From an uncultured Gemmataceae bacterium (GTDB taxonomy: Bacteria > Planctomycetota > Planctomycetia > Gemmatales > Gemmataceae): a stretch of 64,000 nt of DNA. Below are positions 1-9,975 of this stretch, one piece after another. Numbering within the stretch: the first letter of the stretch is position 1; every line of letters begins with the position of its first letter. The translations under genes were made by a program, and so were the position numbers. The notes beneath the pieces are model-generated. The model saw only the letters and a list, made by a program, of their open reading frames with translations, did no database searches and was not told the DNA's origin. The stretch spans positions 1,472,001 to 1,536,000 of the forward strand of contig CAVVPN010000011.1 of assembly GCA_963750165.1 (NCBI GenBank). Direction: 5' to 3'.

Positions 1-165
1 GGCGACGTGGACTGGGGGGCCTTCTTCGCGGCGCTGACCGACACGGGCTACAGCGGCCCGGTGTGCGTCGAGGTCGAGGACCGGGCGTATGAGGGATCGC
101 TGGCGGATCGCCAACGGGCGCTGCGGCAAAGTCGCGACTTCCTGAAGCAGTTTCTGGGGTGCTAG
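1..165 (+). CDS. Sugar phosphate isomerase/epimerase (AP endonuclease 2/xylose isomerase-like TIM barrel), C-terminal part; 5' end lies outside the window
   Basis: Frame 1 reads [54 protein letters not shown], the typical 'G.VDW...L...GY.G.v.vE.E' C-terminus of this family. Confidence 0.8.
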   Translation, partial: GDVDWGAFFAALTDTGYSGPVCVEVEDRAYEGSLADRQRALRQSRDFLKQFLGC

Positions 166-270
166 AGCGGTTCGCAGTTGGGTGTAACGGAAGTCGCCAG
201 ACTTCCGTCCGGTGTTGCTCGGAAGTCTGGCGACTTCCGCTACACCCATTCGCAATCTGCAATAGCGGTA
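163..270. repeat. REP-doublet-like palindrome inside a TAGAGCGGTTCGCAG-starting element; right end degenerate
   Basis: 29-bp inverted repeat, 179-207 (tgggtgtaacggaagtcgccagacttccg) vs 220-248, one mismatch. Left end at 163 matches the termini of the elements at 3641, 14051 and 14174. Confidence 0.7.
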
Positions 271-284
271 CGCGGTGAGCGCTT

Positions 285-3284
285 TCATGGGTCCTCCCGC
301 GTAACCCATTGCACACGGTAGGGAACCTGCACAAGGGCGGCGATCGCATCCTGGGCGTCCTTTTGCGCCTCCGTAGCGGTGCGGCCCTGGACCCGGCATT
401 TGACGGCGACAAAGCGCCTGCCTTGCTCGCGGTACACCTTGATCGCTCCTGGCTGCAGGAACGGACCTTTGGGGTCCGGCCGGCCATCCGCTCCCATTGG
501 CGTGACCAGGTCCTTGAGTATGAGACGCGGCAGTGCTGAGCTGAACAAGGGCACCGAGGTACCGACCGTTGCGGGCGCCTGACTGCCGCCAGTCCACGGT
601 GTCTGCGACGTTGCGGGCTGCATTCCCTGGGAAATGTTGTTATTGATGAGGTCCACCGGGATTTCCAGAATGGAATCCTCGGGCCCGCGTTTCCGGAAGG
701 GCAAGCGCACCACGATATCATAGCCCTTTTCGCCCTCGCTCATCTGGGTGGCAAGCTCGCCATCCACGACGGCCCGGATGAAGGCGGTCACGTCAGCAAC
801 CTTAAGGCCGTAGCGCCGGCACTTTTCCCCATCGACCACAAACTTCAGGTCGCGCGGGCCAGAACCCGAAAACAGGCGCACCTGAGCAACGCCCTTGATC
901 TCACCCAACGTCTGCTTGACCTTGTCAGCCACGCTTGCGAGCACGGCCAGATCGGGCCCGAACACCTTCACCACCAGCTCGTCCCTGGCAGGTGAAAACG
1001 GGCTCGTCTCGGCAGCGCCGGTCAATGAAGTGCTCCACAACGTGCCGGCAAGCTGGCGCTCGAGCCCTTTCCGGACGGCGTGCATCAACTCCGGCAGCGT
1101 CCGCGGGCGGTCGAGACCGGCGGCGTTGAGCCACTCCCTGGCCGGCTTGAGGACGACACAGAGTTCGGCGGATTCCTCGGGCGGCGGCTCACCGTCGATG
1201 GCCGCGCCGATGTGCGCGACGCACGCCTGGACCTCGCCCAGTTCGCGGATGAACTTGCGGGCGGACTGCACCAACTCGGCGGCCCTGACCCGGCCGGTGT
1301 TCGGCGGGAAGCTGCCGCACAGGTAAAATCGATCTCCCAGTGGGCACGGCTCGATCTTGACTCCTGGCAACAGCCGCCCGGCCGCTGCGTTGATTTCCTT
1401 GACCCTGGCCAGGATCTTCGCCTGTGCTGCGGACACGTCGGCGTTCTTGCGGACCAGGATGATCCCTTCCACCACGTCATCGGCGCTGCGCCACGGTTTT
1501 TTCGCTGCCGCCGGTGCCTGATCGACGCTAACCCGGCCCAGGCGGGCTCGGTGGCCGACAATCACGCCCTGGCGACCTGGTGCTTCCTCGAACGGCAGCG
1601 GTCCGCCATCGACGATGTCGTCGATACGAACCGGCACGTTGTTGACCGAGGTGATGACAATGGCGCGGATCGCGTTGAGGCGCTTGCGGTCCTCGGCGCG
1701 GAGGAAGGCCGCGGCTTTCTGCGGCGTCTGCATGGCGAAGGCCCGCTCCATCGGGTCCTTGCCGCCGCCGATGACGACGCCGCCGCGGACCCTCTGCGCG
1801 GTCCGGCCCTGAGTCAGGTGGTCGCCGCCGACGTTGGCGTTGCTGTTGGCCAGCGCGTTTGTTAGCTGCCCCAGCGTGATGCCGTAGCGCTTCATGCGCT
1901 CCGGGTCGGGGTGGATCTCGTAGCGCTTGACCGCGCCGCTGGCCGTCAGCACCTCGGCCACCTCCGGCAGCCGGCGAAACTCCCGCTCCAGGATATACTC
2001 CTGGAGCGCGCGCAGGTCAGACAGCGTGTAAATGTCATTGCCCAGGACATCCCGTGGGCCCGTCACCGCGTAGCGCAGGACCTCGACGGTCATTTGCCGG
2101 CTCGGCGTTAGCCCCGGCGTGACACCCGGGGGCAAAGCCGGCGCCTGACTGAGCCGTTTGATCACCTCCTGTCGGGCGTCGGCGTAATCGGTGGCGTCAT
2201 CGAAGTGAAGCTCGATACTCGCCAGGCCGAACTGGGAGCGGCTGATCGTCGTTTTGAGCCCGCGTATTCCCGCCAGGGCCACTTCCAGGTTGACAGTCAC
2301 CAGCCGCTCGACTTCCTCGGCAGAGGCGCCAGGGTAAGACGCCTCGACCAGCAACACCGGCCGCGGCGCCGGCTCCGCCGGGGGCGTGGTGGTGGTCGCG
2401 GCGGACATTTCCGGCAGCGGCCGCGGCGCGAAATGGTGCGTCACGGCCGCCGCCAAAACGCCACAGCACACCAGCAGCACCGCGGCAGCCGTTTTCAGCC
2501 GTGCGAAGGATAAATGGCGGAGCGTGCCTTCGACCAGAGCCGCCACGGACACGGACGCTGCCGCCGCCACGGTGGCACCCTTGACGACCAGGACCGCGGC
2601 CTTGAGCGTGCTCTGCCCCAGCGCGAACGGCACCGCAGTCGCTTCGTGCTCGGCCAGCACCGTGCCCAGGCCGGCCGCCGACAGCGTGATGCCGCGCCGG
2701 CTCAAGCGGCCCCGGAGCAGCTCGCGGGCTCGAGCGAGCCGGCCGGACACCGTCCCCTTGGTCCAGCCCAGCTCCCGCGCCGCCTCTTCCTGGGTCTTGC
2801 CCTGCAGGTAGCAAAGCAAGATCGGCGCCTGATACTTCTGAGGCAGTCGATGCAACTCCTCGTCCAGGACTGGGCGGAGATCGCACCAAACGCCAGCGCC
2901 GGTAGCCTCTCTCGGGGACATGGCCGCGCTCCTTGTTTCGACCTCGCGGCGTCGGGCCGCGTCCCCCCGCACCTTGAGGGCGATGTGGTAGGCGACGGTA
3001 AACAGCCAGCTCGCCAGGGAGCCGCGCTTCCTCAGCGAAGCCGCCTTGCGCACCAGCACCAGGAAAGTCGCCTGAAACGCATCGTCCGCCTCGTGGGCAT
3101 CCGCCAGCACTCGCCGGCACACCCCAAGCACCAGGGGCCCATGCCGCGCCAGGAGCCCCTCAAACGCCGTCTCATCGTGCTGCGTCGTAAACCGCTCGAG
3201 AAGCTGGCCGTCGGCCAGGTCCCCGGTCGGCGGCGTGCCGATCACTCTGTGGAGCCAGGTCATGATGTTGTCGAGTTGCTTCAT
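285..3284 (-). CDS. Gemmata-type ECF sigma-70 factor with one TM helix, fused to CusA/CzcA-type RND porter and docking (periplasmic) domains
   Basis: N-terminus has sigma2/sigma4 motifs (DGQLLERF..DETAFEGLLARHGPLVLGVCRRVL, DAFQATFLVL, GKTQEEAARELGWTKGTVSGRL). TM segment at ~2440-2495. Then YPGASAEEVERLVT, LRALQEYILEREFRRLPEVAEV, VKVFGPDL and VDGEKCRRYGL RND motifs. ATG at 3284. Confidence 0.85.
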   Translation of the reverse strand: MKQLDNIMTWLHRVIGTPPTGDLADGQLLERFTTQHDETAFEGLLARHGPLVLGVCRRVLADAHEADDAFQATFLVLVRKAASLRKRGSLASWLFTVAYHIALKVRGDAARRREVETRSAAMSPREATGAGVWCDLRPVLDEELHRLPQKYQAPILLCYLQGKTQEEAARELGWTKGTVSGRLARARELLRGRLSRRGITLSAAGLGTVLAEHEATAVPFALGQSTLKAAVLVVKGATVAAAASVSVAALVEGTLRHLSFARLKTAAAVLLVCCGVLAAAVTHHFAPRPLPEMSAATTTTPPAEPAPRPVLLVEASYPGASAEEVERLVTVNLEVALAGIRGLKTTISRSQFGLASIELHFDDATDYADARQEVIKRLSQAPALPPGVTPGLTPSRQMTVEVLRYAVTGPRDVLGNDIYTLSDLRALQEYILEREFRRLPEVAEVLTASGAVKRYEIHPDPERMKRYGITLGQLTNALANSNANVGGDHLTQGRTAQRVRGGVVIGGGKDPMERAFAMQTPQKAAAFLRAEDRKRLNAIRAIVITSVNNVPVRIDDIVDGGPLPFEEAPGRQGVIVGHRARLGRVSVDQAPAAAKKPWRSADDVVEGIILVRKNADVSAAQAKILARVKEINAAAGRLLPGVKIEPCPLGDRFYLCGSFPPNTGRVRAAELVQSARKFIRELGEVQACVAHIGAAIDGEPPPEESAELCVVLKPAREWLNAAGLDRPRTLPELMHAVRKGLERQLAGTLWSTSLTGAAETSPFSPARDELVVKVFGPDLAVLASVADKVKQTLGEIKGVAQVRLFSGSGPRDLKFVVDGEKCRRYGLKVADVTAFIRAVVDGELATQMSEGEKGYDIVVRLPFRKRGPEDSILEIPVDLINNNISQGMQPATSQTPWTGGSQAPATVGTSVPLFSSALPRLILKDLVTPMGADGRPDPKGPFLQPGAIKVYREQGRRFVAVKCRVQGRTATEAQKDAQDAIAALVQVPYRVQWVTREDP

Positions 3285-3640
3285 GGCGATCTTCCCTGCG
3301 TACGTGGATGCCGCTCGTCTCATGAATAGAGCTAGCAGGCTCCCGGGCGAATACAGTTTTTTCAAAAAATGGGCGCGTTCACAGGATGCACCGAACGAAA
3401 ACACCAAATGACCGTGCGTGTTCCGGCTGCGACCCTGGCCACCGGGGACCGAAAATGGCGCCAAAATGGGAAAGGCATCGTCTCACTTCGCTCGACCTGC
3501 TCCACAGCCTCACCGAAGCAGATCTGCGCGCGGCCCTCGACGCCAACGGGCGGTTGTCCGGATGAACCGTGTCCCGCCCTGGGCTCCCGTGGGAATTGAG
3601 GCCGTTTCTGCTAAACATTTGCCTGACTGGTATCTGCTGC

Positions 3641-3928
3641 CAGCGCGGTTCGCAGTCGCGTGGCCCACAAACGGCAGGCCGGTGCAGCAAGGGCGCCGCA
3701 TCTCGACGTATGAAAAAGTTGGCGTTCTTGGCGTCCTTGCTGTGGCAACCGCCGCCGCTGGTGGTCGCGCCGTGCCAGCCGCACGGGGCCAGGGCGCCGA
3801 ATCTCGACGTGTGAAAAAGTTGGCCCCCTTGGCCTCCTTGGCCCCCTTGCTGCGACAGCGCAGGCCCCTGCTGGTCAAGCTGTGCCCGCCGTCCCACCGC
3901 GTGCGCGATCCGCGTGTGAACCGCTCTA
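3641..3928. mobile_element. ~290-bp non-autonomous MITE-like repeat, copy 1 (copy 2 at 14174-14468)
   Basis: Ends cAGCGCGGTTCGCAG...GTGAACCGCTCTA. Two internal blocks tctcgacgtRtgaaaaagttgg, each followed by 9-bp microrepeats. Colinear with 14174-14468. Confidence 0.8.
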
Positions 3929-5048
3929 AGTTGACCCCTTCGCGGCCGTGAACTCACGCACCGTCGTGACTCGGTGCTCCTGGGCCGCGGCGTAGACCGC
4001 CTCGCACAGCGCGATCGTTTCCAGGTTGTCCCGTCCGCTGATCTCCGGTTCGGTGCCGTCCTCCAGCGCACACAGCAGCTGGGCCATTGTGCCGACGAAC
4101 GCATCGGGAAACCACACGTCCGGCCAGCGCGGCTGCAGCCAGTAGCCGGGCTGCCGCTTCGTCGTGAAGTCCAGCGTGCTCGGCGTCTTCGCGGGGTAGC
4201 TCGGCCAGCCGATGGTGCCGCGCGCAACCCGTCCGTGCCCTCGACGCGCCAGCGGATGTAGATGTCGCTTTCGCTGCCCTCGCGCGCCGGCCCGGTCCAC
4301 ACGTCGTCCCAGCTGGTCGCCCGGCAACCGCGGTCGTACTCCAGGATGTACAGGTTGATGCCATCCCGGTGCGGGAATTTGGTGCGCGGGTCGGGCCGCG
4401 TGCTGGCCAGGACGCGGTCGGGCGTGCCGAACCAGTAGCGAAACGTGTCCAGGTGGTGAATGCTCATCACGAACGTGGACAGCGAAGGCAATTTTTCGCT
4501 CCACGGCATCCAGTGCGGGATGGCGCGCATTTCAATGGTGCCGAGCACCGGCTCGCCCAGCCAGCCGCGCTGCAGCATGTCCTTCAGGGCGCGCACGGAC
4601 TGGTCGTAGCGCATGTTCTGGTTGACCGCCAGCGTCACGCCCGCCCGGCGCAGCGCTCGACGCAGTCGCGCGCCTCGCGGTAGCTCATCGCCAGCGGCTT
4701 CTGGGCGAGGATGCCGCGCAGGTTGCTCTTGTGCTCCAGCGCCTGGCGGATCATCTCCGGCTGCAGGTCCGGCGGCACGGCGATGTCGAGCACCTCAACG
4801 CTCTCGTCGCGCAACAGGTCGGTGACAGTGGTATGACACTTCGCGATGCCGTGCTGCTGGGCGACGGCCTGGGCGCGCTCGGGGTTGCGCGAGGCGATGG
4901 CGAGGGGGTTGAAGCCGGCCTGGCGGTAGGCGACCAGGTGGCAGTCGCGCATGATGAAACCGGCGCCGAGGCAGCCGATGCGAAAGTCCTTGCGGCGCGG
5001 CAGGCGCGGCCGGTAGTCGAGGGTCAGGTCGAGCGCGGCGTGCGGCAT
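3926..5048 (-). CDS. Gfo/Idh/MocA family oxidoreductase; two apparent frameshifts near 4645 and 4225
   Basis: [11 protein letters not shown]ossmann motif, [15 protein letters not shown] and MSIHHLD motifs lie in three overlapping ORFs (4635-5132, 3379-4638, 3926-4504). Confidence 0.85.
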
Positions 5049-5055
5049 GGGGATC

Positions 5056-5658
5056 TCAACGGCGGGGATCGATGATGAGTTCAAAGCCGGGCAGCAGTTT
5101 GGTGGTGAAGGTGTCGCCGAAAGCGTATTCACGGACCACCCAGCGCTTGCCGTGGCGGCGGCGCTGCGTCAGCGTCGGCCGGCTGGCGTCGGCGCGGTTG
5201 TCGAGAATCCAGTACTCCTTGATGCTGGGCACCTGGAAATACAATTCGACGTTGCGCACCAAATCTTTGTTGGGATCGTCGGCGGAAAGGACCTCGGCAA
5301 CCAGGATGGGGCTCACTTCATCCCAGGCCACGTCCTCCAGGGGAGTATCTATCGAGAAATTCCGGTACGCGGCGACGTCCGGTTCGGGGATGGTGGTGTC
5401 CGGGTCGTCGGCAATCAGCACCCGGGCACCAAAGGTGGCGTAATTGATGACCTCGGGATGTTCGCGCTTGTAAAAGACCAGCGCCTCATACAACCACACT
5501 TCCAAACGGTTCTGCGGACAGTTCGGTTTAGGGGAAACGTAGAGTTTCCCGTCGATGATTTCGTATTGGTATCCTTCTTCGTAGTCGCCCTTCTCGAATT
5601 CCTCCCACGTCAGGGCCCGGCCATGATCGCTCGGCCCCAATTTCGTCACCGTAGCCAT
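5056..5658 (-). CDS. Uma2 family (putative restriction) endonuclease
   Basis: YEIIDGKLYVSPKP, PEPDVAAY, PILVAEVLS and IKEYWILD motifs; ATG at 5658. Confidence 0.9.
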   Translation of the reverse strand: MATVTKLGPSDHGRALTWEEFEKGDYEEGYQYEIIDGKLYVSPKPNCPQNRLEVWLYEALVFYKREHPEVINYATFGARVLIADDPDTTIPEPDVAAYRNFSIDTPLEDVAWDEVSPILVAEVLSADDPNKDLVRNVELYFQVPSIKEYWILDNRADASRPTLTQRRRHGKRWVVREYAFGDTFTTKLLPGFELIIDPRR

Positions 5659-5702
5659 ACCCGAGTCTCCTCCGCGCTCCGCGTTCTCCGTGGTGAGCCC
5701 CC

Positions 5703-6635
5703 TCATCCGACCAGCACGCGCAGTTCGCGCGGCAGCGGGAAGCTGACGTGCTCCTCGCGCACCGTGCGGCTCTCGACGGTCGCCCCGTAGCGCGCCCGCA
5801 AGAACTCCACGCACTCCTGCACCACGTCCTCCGGCGCGCTGGCGCCGGCAGTAATCAGCACCGTCTCGTCGCCGCGGAACCAGTGCTCATGAATCTCCCG
5901 CACACCGTCGATCAGCCGCGCCGGCTTGCCCTGGTCCGCGGCCAGCTCCGCCAGACGCAGGCTGTTCGAGCTGTTCCGGCTGCCCAGCACGATCACGAAG
6001 TCCACCTCCGGCACCAGGTCCTTGACGGCCTCCTGGCGGTTCTGCGTCGCGTAACAGATGTCGTCGCGCGACGGGCCGACGATGTGCGGGTAGCGCTGCC
6101 GCAGCGCCGCGATGATGCGCTCGGCATCGTCCACGCTCAGCGTCGTCTGCGTCAGGTACGCCAGCTTCGTGGTCGGCGGCAGGTCCAGTTTCGCCACGTC
6201 GTCCGTGTCCTGTATCAGCCGAATGTTCGCCGGCGCCTCGCCCATCGTGCCGAGCACCTCGTCGTGCCCCTCGTGGCCGATCAGCAGAATGGTGTAGCCC
6301 GCCCGCGCGAAGCGCACCGCCTCCTGATGCACCTTGGTCACCAGCGGGCAGGTCGCGTCGATGGCGTGCAGCCGCCGCTCCTCCGACGCGGCGCGGATCG
6401 CCGGCGCCACGCCGTGGGCGCTGTACAGCACCGTCGCGCCCGGCGGAATCTCCTCGATGCCATCGACGAACACCACGCCGCGCTTGCGGAAGCGCTCCAC
6501 CACCGGCCGGTTATGCACGATCTCGTGGTAGACGTACAGCGGCGTGCCGTACTGCTCCAAAGCGCGCTCCAGGCTCTCGATGGCCATGTTGACGCCCGCG
6601 CAGAAGCCACGCGGGTTCGCAAGTATGATTTTCAC
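5703..6635 (-). CDS. ispH: 4-hydroxy-3-methylbut-2-enyl diphosphate reductase
   Basis: NPRGFCAGV, HEIVHN, SAHGV, DATCPLVTKVH, QTTLS, ICYATQNRQ, SSNS and TAGASAPE motifs. Confidence 0.97.
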   Translation of the reverse strand: MKIILANPRGFCAGVNMAIESLERALEQYGTPLYVYHEIVHNRPVVERFRKRGVVFVDGIEEIPPGATVLYSAHGVAPAIRAASEERRLHAIDATCPLVTKVHQEAVRFARAGYTILLIGHEGHDEVLGTMGEAPANIRLIQDTDDVAKLDLPPTTKLAYLTQTTLSVDDAERIIAALRQRYPHIVGPSRDDICYATQNRQEAVKDLVPEVDFVIVLGSRNSSNSLRLAELAADQGKPARLIDGVREIHEHWFRGDETVLITAGASAPEDVVQECVEFLRARYGATVESRTVREEHVSFPLPRELRVLVG

Positions 6636-6847
6636 AATGCGGTCCTCCTTGTTGTGCTTATCCTAACGGGATCGGTGGCGCCGTGCCAGGCGAACCGGCG
6701 GCACCCCCAGGGATGAACCGTGCTCGCGCTGAGTGGGGTAACGGGAATCCTCGGCGAGATCGGCTCAACCGGCACCACCCGACTGCCGATGAAAGAAAGT
6801 AAGGTCCGTGAGCACCGGGGACGGAGGTTCGCCACGAGGGAGGCGCT

Positions 6848-7700
6848 ATGGCAAGGAAAGTCGTGTTCCGGGGATTGGGCGTCGCCGCCGTCTGCGTGGT
6901 GCCGCTGCTCGCCGTGGGCGTCGCGGCCCCGCAGGACGCCAAGGTCCCAAAAGCCGTACCGCTGCCTTATCCCTATCGGATTGTGCTCCGCGGCCGCGCC
7001 GGCGAGGCGGCGACGCAGCACAACAAGAACGGCCAGACCAGCGGCAGTTCCATCGACGTGCAACGGATCGAACCCGACGCGGTGTTGTTCCTCCTCCGCG
7101 GCGCGGCCGTCGCCGGCGCCGAGACGCACCGCAGCGGGGCCGCGTCCATCGACTTCACGCTCCACCAGGACTTTGAGATCGTCCCCAGCCGCGCCGGCCT
7201 GCGCCCCGCGCCTGATCCTCAACGGCAAGCTGATCGGTGCGTTGACCTCCAGCCAACCCGAGGGCGGCACCGCCGAGCACGCCCCCGCCTGCGCCACCAT
7301 CCAGTCCGGGCCGCAGCCGATCATGAACTTCTGCATCAAGCCGCATGCCGTCGGCCCCACGCAGAACCTGTTCGTCAACGACCGCAACGGCTGTGAGGCG
7401 GTCGTGCTGCCCGGCGTCTTCTGTCTGCAAGCGACCTTCGGAATCAGCGCCGCCGCCCCGCCCATCCAGACCTGGTGCCCCAAGGTGGTCCCGGCTGCCG
7501 CTGCCGTCTTCACCCCGGACGCGAAGCTGAGCCCGCGCTGGGGCTACGTCCTGCAACCCTTCGCCTCCGTGCCGGCCGGCGACTACGGCTTCAGCATCCT
7601 GCTGCGGGTCGCCGAGGACTCCGCCTTCGGCGCCGGCATCGACCCCTCGACCCGCCATGAGCCGAAGAAACCGGCGCCCAAGGAAGGCGAGGTGGAATAG
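6848..7700 (+). CDS. Hypothetical secreted protein; one apparent frameshift near 7205
   Basis: GGAGG RBS, signal peptide MARKVVFRGLGVAAVCVVPLLAVG. Protein-like sequence continues from ORF 6848-7396 into the frame of ORF 6720-7700 at a C run. Confidence 0.65.
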
Positions 7701-7713
7701 CCCGCTGGCGGAG

Positions 7714-7808
7714 CGCCAGGCCGCCAGCGGCAGAAAGCGGGGTGGCAGCGCTCGGGCTCGTCCTTCTGCCGCTTGCGGCTTAGCTTTGCTGCCGCTGGCG
7801 GCCTGGCG
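7714..7808. repeat. 20-bp perfect inverted repeat between convergent genes (REP-like or bidirectional terminator)
   Basis: cgccaggccgccagcggcag (7714-7733) and its reverse complement (7789-7808); also contains ccgcttgcgg, seen as ccgcaagcgg near 14533. Confidence 0.6.
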
Positions 7809-7810
7809 TG

Positions 7811-9661
7811 TTAGAAGAACAGCTGCGCCCGGAACAGCAGCATATCGTAGTGGGACGTGTGCTGGTTCCCCGCCGGGTTGAGGACCACTGGGCCGCCCAG
7901 GAAGGCGTGTTGCCAGTCGATCGTGAACTTGATGAAGTGGTTCAGATACCAGTTGACGCCGATGTCTGTGGTCGAGGCCCGGTTGGTCCACATGGTCGGG
8001 TCCACCAGGCCGCCGGTAAACACCTGACTGCCCAGTTGCATGTTGGCGAAGCGGCCGAACAGCTCGAACGCCCCGGGGTTGAGCGTGCCATTGTAGTAGC
8101 CGAAAGGCCGCCGCGGCTCCACCAGGAAGCGACGCCGCGTGATCTCCTCGCCGGTGAGGAAGTACCAGGCCGCGACCGACCAGCCGTACTCCGGCACGTG
8201 CGTGCGGAACGGGCTGTTCACGCCGATGAAGCGGTTGCCGCCCGCCGAGGAATACACCGGCGGGCTGCTGAGGTTGCCCACGGAGTAATCCTGGTAACCG
8301 CCCTGCAAGCTGCCCAGGAAGCCGAAGCTCTTGTAGTAGTAGACCGGCTCGAAGCCGTAGTGCATCTGCGGGCCGTTCTCGAACACGCCGTTCTTGAACT
8401 CCATGAAGGTCGGCGAAAAGAACGAGGCGTCGGCCGAGTCGGTCATCTGGTTCATCGTCTGAAAGGCGTACGGCGTGACCGGGTTCCGCTCGGTGCCGCC
8501 GTTGACCGTGCTGACCAGGTGCAGGTTCCGCAGGAACGAGTCCTTTTCGGTGATGAACGGGCGGTAGTCGAGGTAGGCGAAGAAGTCGCGGGAGCTGTTG
8601 TAGTCCTCGAAGGACCGTCGCGGGCCGTCGCTGACCGCGAGGTAGTACTTGATACGTTCGTCGAACAGGTAGCCCCAGGCCATCGCCCCGAGCTGGCGGT
8701 TGGCGGCGAGGTTGGCGACGTACAGCGAACGCTCCGGGCCGATCAGGTCGCCTTCGGCCATCTCGATGTATTCATACTGCGACGGCATCTTGAAGCGGCC
8801 GACGCGGAAATTCAGCCACTCGCGGTTGACGTGGTAGTCCACATAGGCGTCGAGCACGTCCAGGCTGCCGTAGCCGCGGTTGATCGACGTGACGAAGTCC
8901 GCGTAGTCGCCGACCGAGCCGTTGAAGTACCAGCGTTGCCGCGGGATGACGAAACCGCCGTGCAGCGGGTCGCCGGTCGGGAACGGCTGCCGCATGTCCA
9001 GCTGCGTCAGGTTGTGGAAGACCAACTTGAAGTACTTGTCCTCCGAGGTCCAGCTGACGCCGTCGCCGAAGACGACGCCCTCGGAGATGCGGTGCTCGGC
9101 CGGCTCCATGTCCGGGGCATAGGCCCCCCGGCCGGCGATCTCCTTGGTGTCGTCGCGCCACCAGAACAGGCCGATCTGGTACATCGGCTCCTTACGCGTT
9201 TCGGTCCTGGGCGCGAACACACCGGTCGCCCGGCGCTTCTCGGCCTCGCGCTCCTTCCGCGCCGCCTCCTCCTGCTGCGCGACCCGGTTTAGCTGGTTGT
9301 TGAGCACATCATACTTGCGGGTCAGGTCTTCCAGTTGCCGGACCAGATCGGCGGTGTTGGACGGCCCCCCTTCCAGGCTCCTGGGGCCGCCGAAGGGAAG
9401 CTCGAACCCGAACGGCCGCCGGCCGCCCTGTCCCAGCAATTCCTCCAGGGGTGGCGGTGACAGGGAGAGGTCACGCCCCAGAGCCGCCGGCGAAGCCAGG
9501 ATGGGCTGCGGCACGGGATTCTGGGAGGCCTCAAGCGGGGCCCCCAGGCTTGCTGCCCGCCCGTCGCCCGAGGCCTGGGGCCCGCTCTGGCCCCAGGCCG
9601 GGGCCGCCAGGCTCGCCAAAACCACCAACACCATCCCTGCCTGCCATTTGTGTGCCATCAT
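7811..9661 (-). CDS. OprO/OprP-like phosphate-selective outer-membrane porin
   Basis: Signal peptide, coiled-coil N-region, LDAYVDY, FRVGRFKMP, GAFELFGRF and DIGVNWYLN motifs, C-terminal FRAQLFF. Confidence 0.85.
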   Translation of the reverse strand: MMAHKWQAGMVLVVLASLAAPAWGQSGPQASGDGRAASLGAPLEASQNPVPQPILASPAALGRDLSLSPPPLEELLGQGGRRPFGFELPFGGPRSLEGGPSNTADLVRQLEDLTRKYDVLNNQLNRVAQQEEAARKEREAEKRRATGVFAPRTETRKEPMYQIGLFWWRDDTKEIAGRGAYAPDMEPAEHRISEGVVFGDGVSWTSEDKYFKLVFHNLTQLDMRQPFPTGDPLHGGFVIPRQRWYFNGSVGDYADFVTSINRGYGSLDVLDAYVDYHVNREWLNFRVGRFKMPSQYEYIEMAEGDLIGPERSLYVANLAANRQLGAMAWGYLFDERIKYYLAVSDGPRRSFEDYNSSRDFFAYLDYRPFITEKDSFLRNLHLVSTVNGGTERNPVTPYAFQTMNQMTDSADASFFSPTFMEFKNGVFENGPQMHYGFEPVYYYKSFGFLGSLQGGYQDYSVGNLSSPPVYSSAGGNRFIGVNSPFRTHVPEYGWSVAAWYFLTGEEITRRRFLVEPRRPFGYYNGTLNPGAFELFGRFANMQLGSQVFTGGLVDPTMWTNRASTTDIGVNWYLNHFIKFTIDWQHAFLGGPVVLNPAGNQHTSHYDMLLFRAQLFF

Positions 9662-9975
9662 CACTCTCCCTTTCCGGACTGAGCGCGACGAACCCCGTAA
9701 CAGGCGATGCCAGGCCCCCAAAACGGACTCGAACCGGGGTCGCCTTCGACCCGGTCACGGCTTGCGGCCGGAGCCTGCCGTGGGTTGCCGTCCAGGGGGG
9801 CCCCGGGACGGGACATAAAAACCCCGAAGAATTTGGAAATCGGACGGAGATATACTCAATTTTTCGCGGTGAACAAGTGCGGTTTGGGGACCAGGGCGCT
9901 TCGCCTACCAACGCCGTCGCTTGCGCGATAGCATACCCCGGCGCCGATCCGAAGTCCCCGCGTAAGGAGCGCCGT

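Noticed and set aside
3285..3464. Extended N-terminus of the ECF-RND fusion given in the ORF track
   Set aside because: Similarity to the sigma family starts at MKQL (3284); the upstream part is AT-tract, promoter-like DNA
3926..5048. Oxidoreductase (and the kinase at 54090) as true pseudogenes
   Set aside because: Motifs are intact with no in-frame stops after repair; the indel pattern matches sequencing artefact
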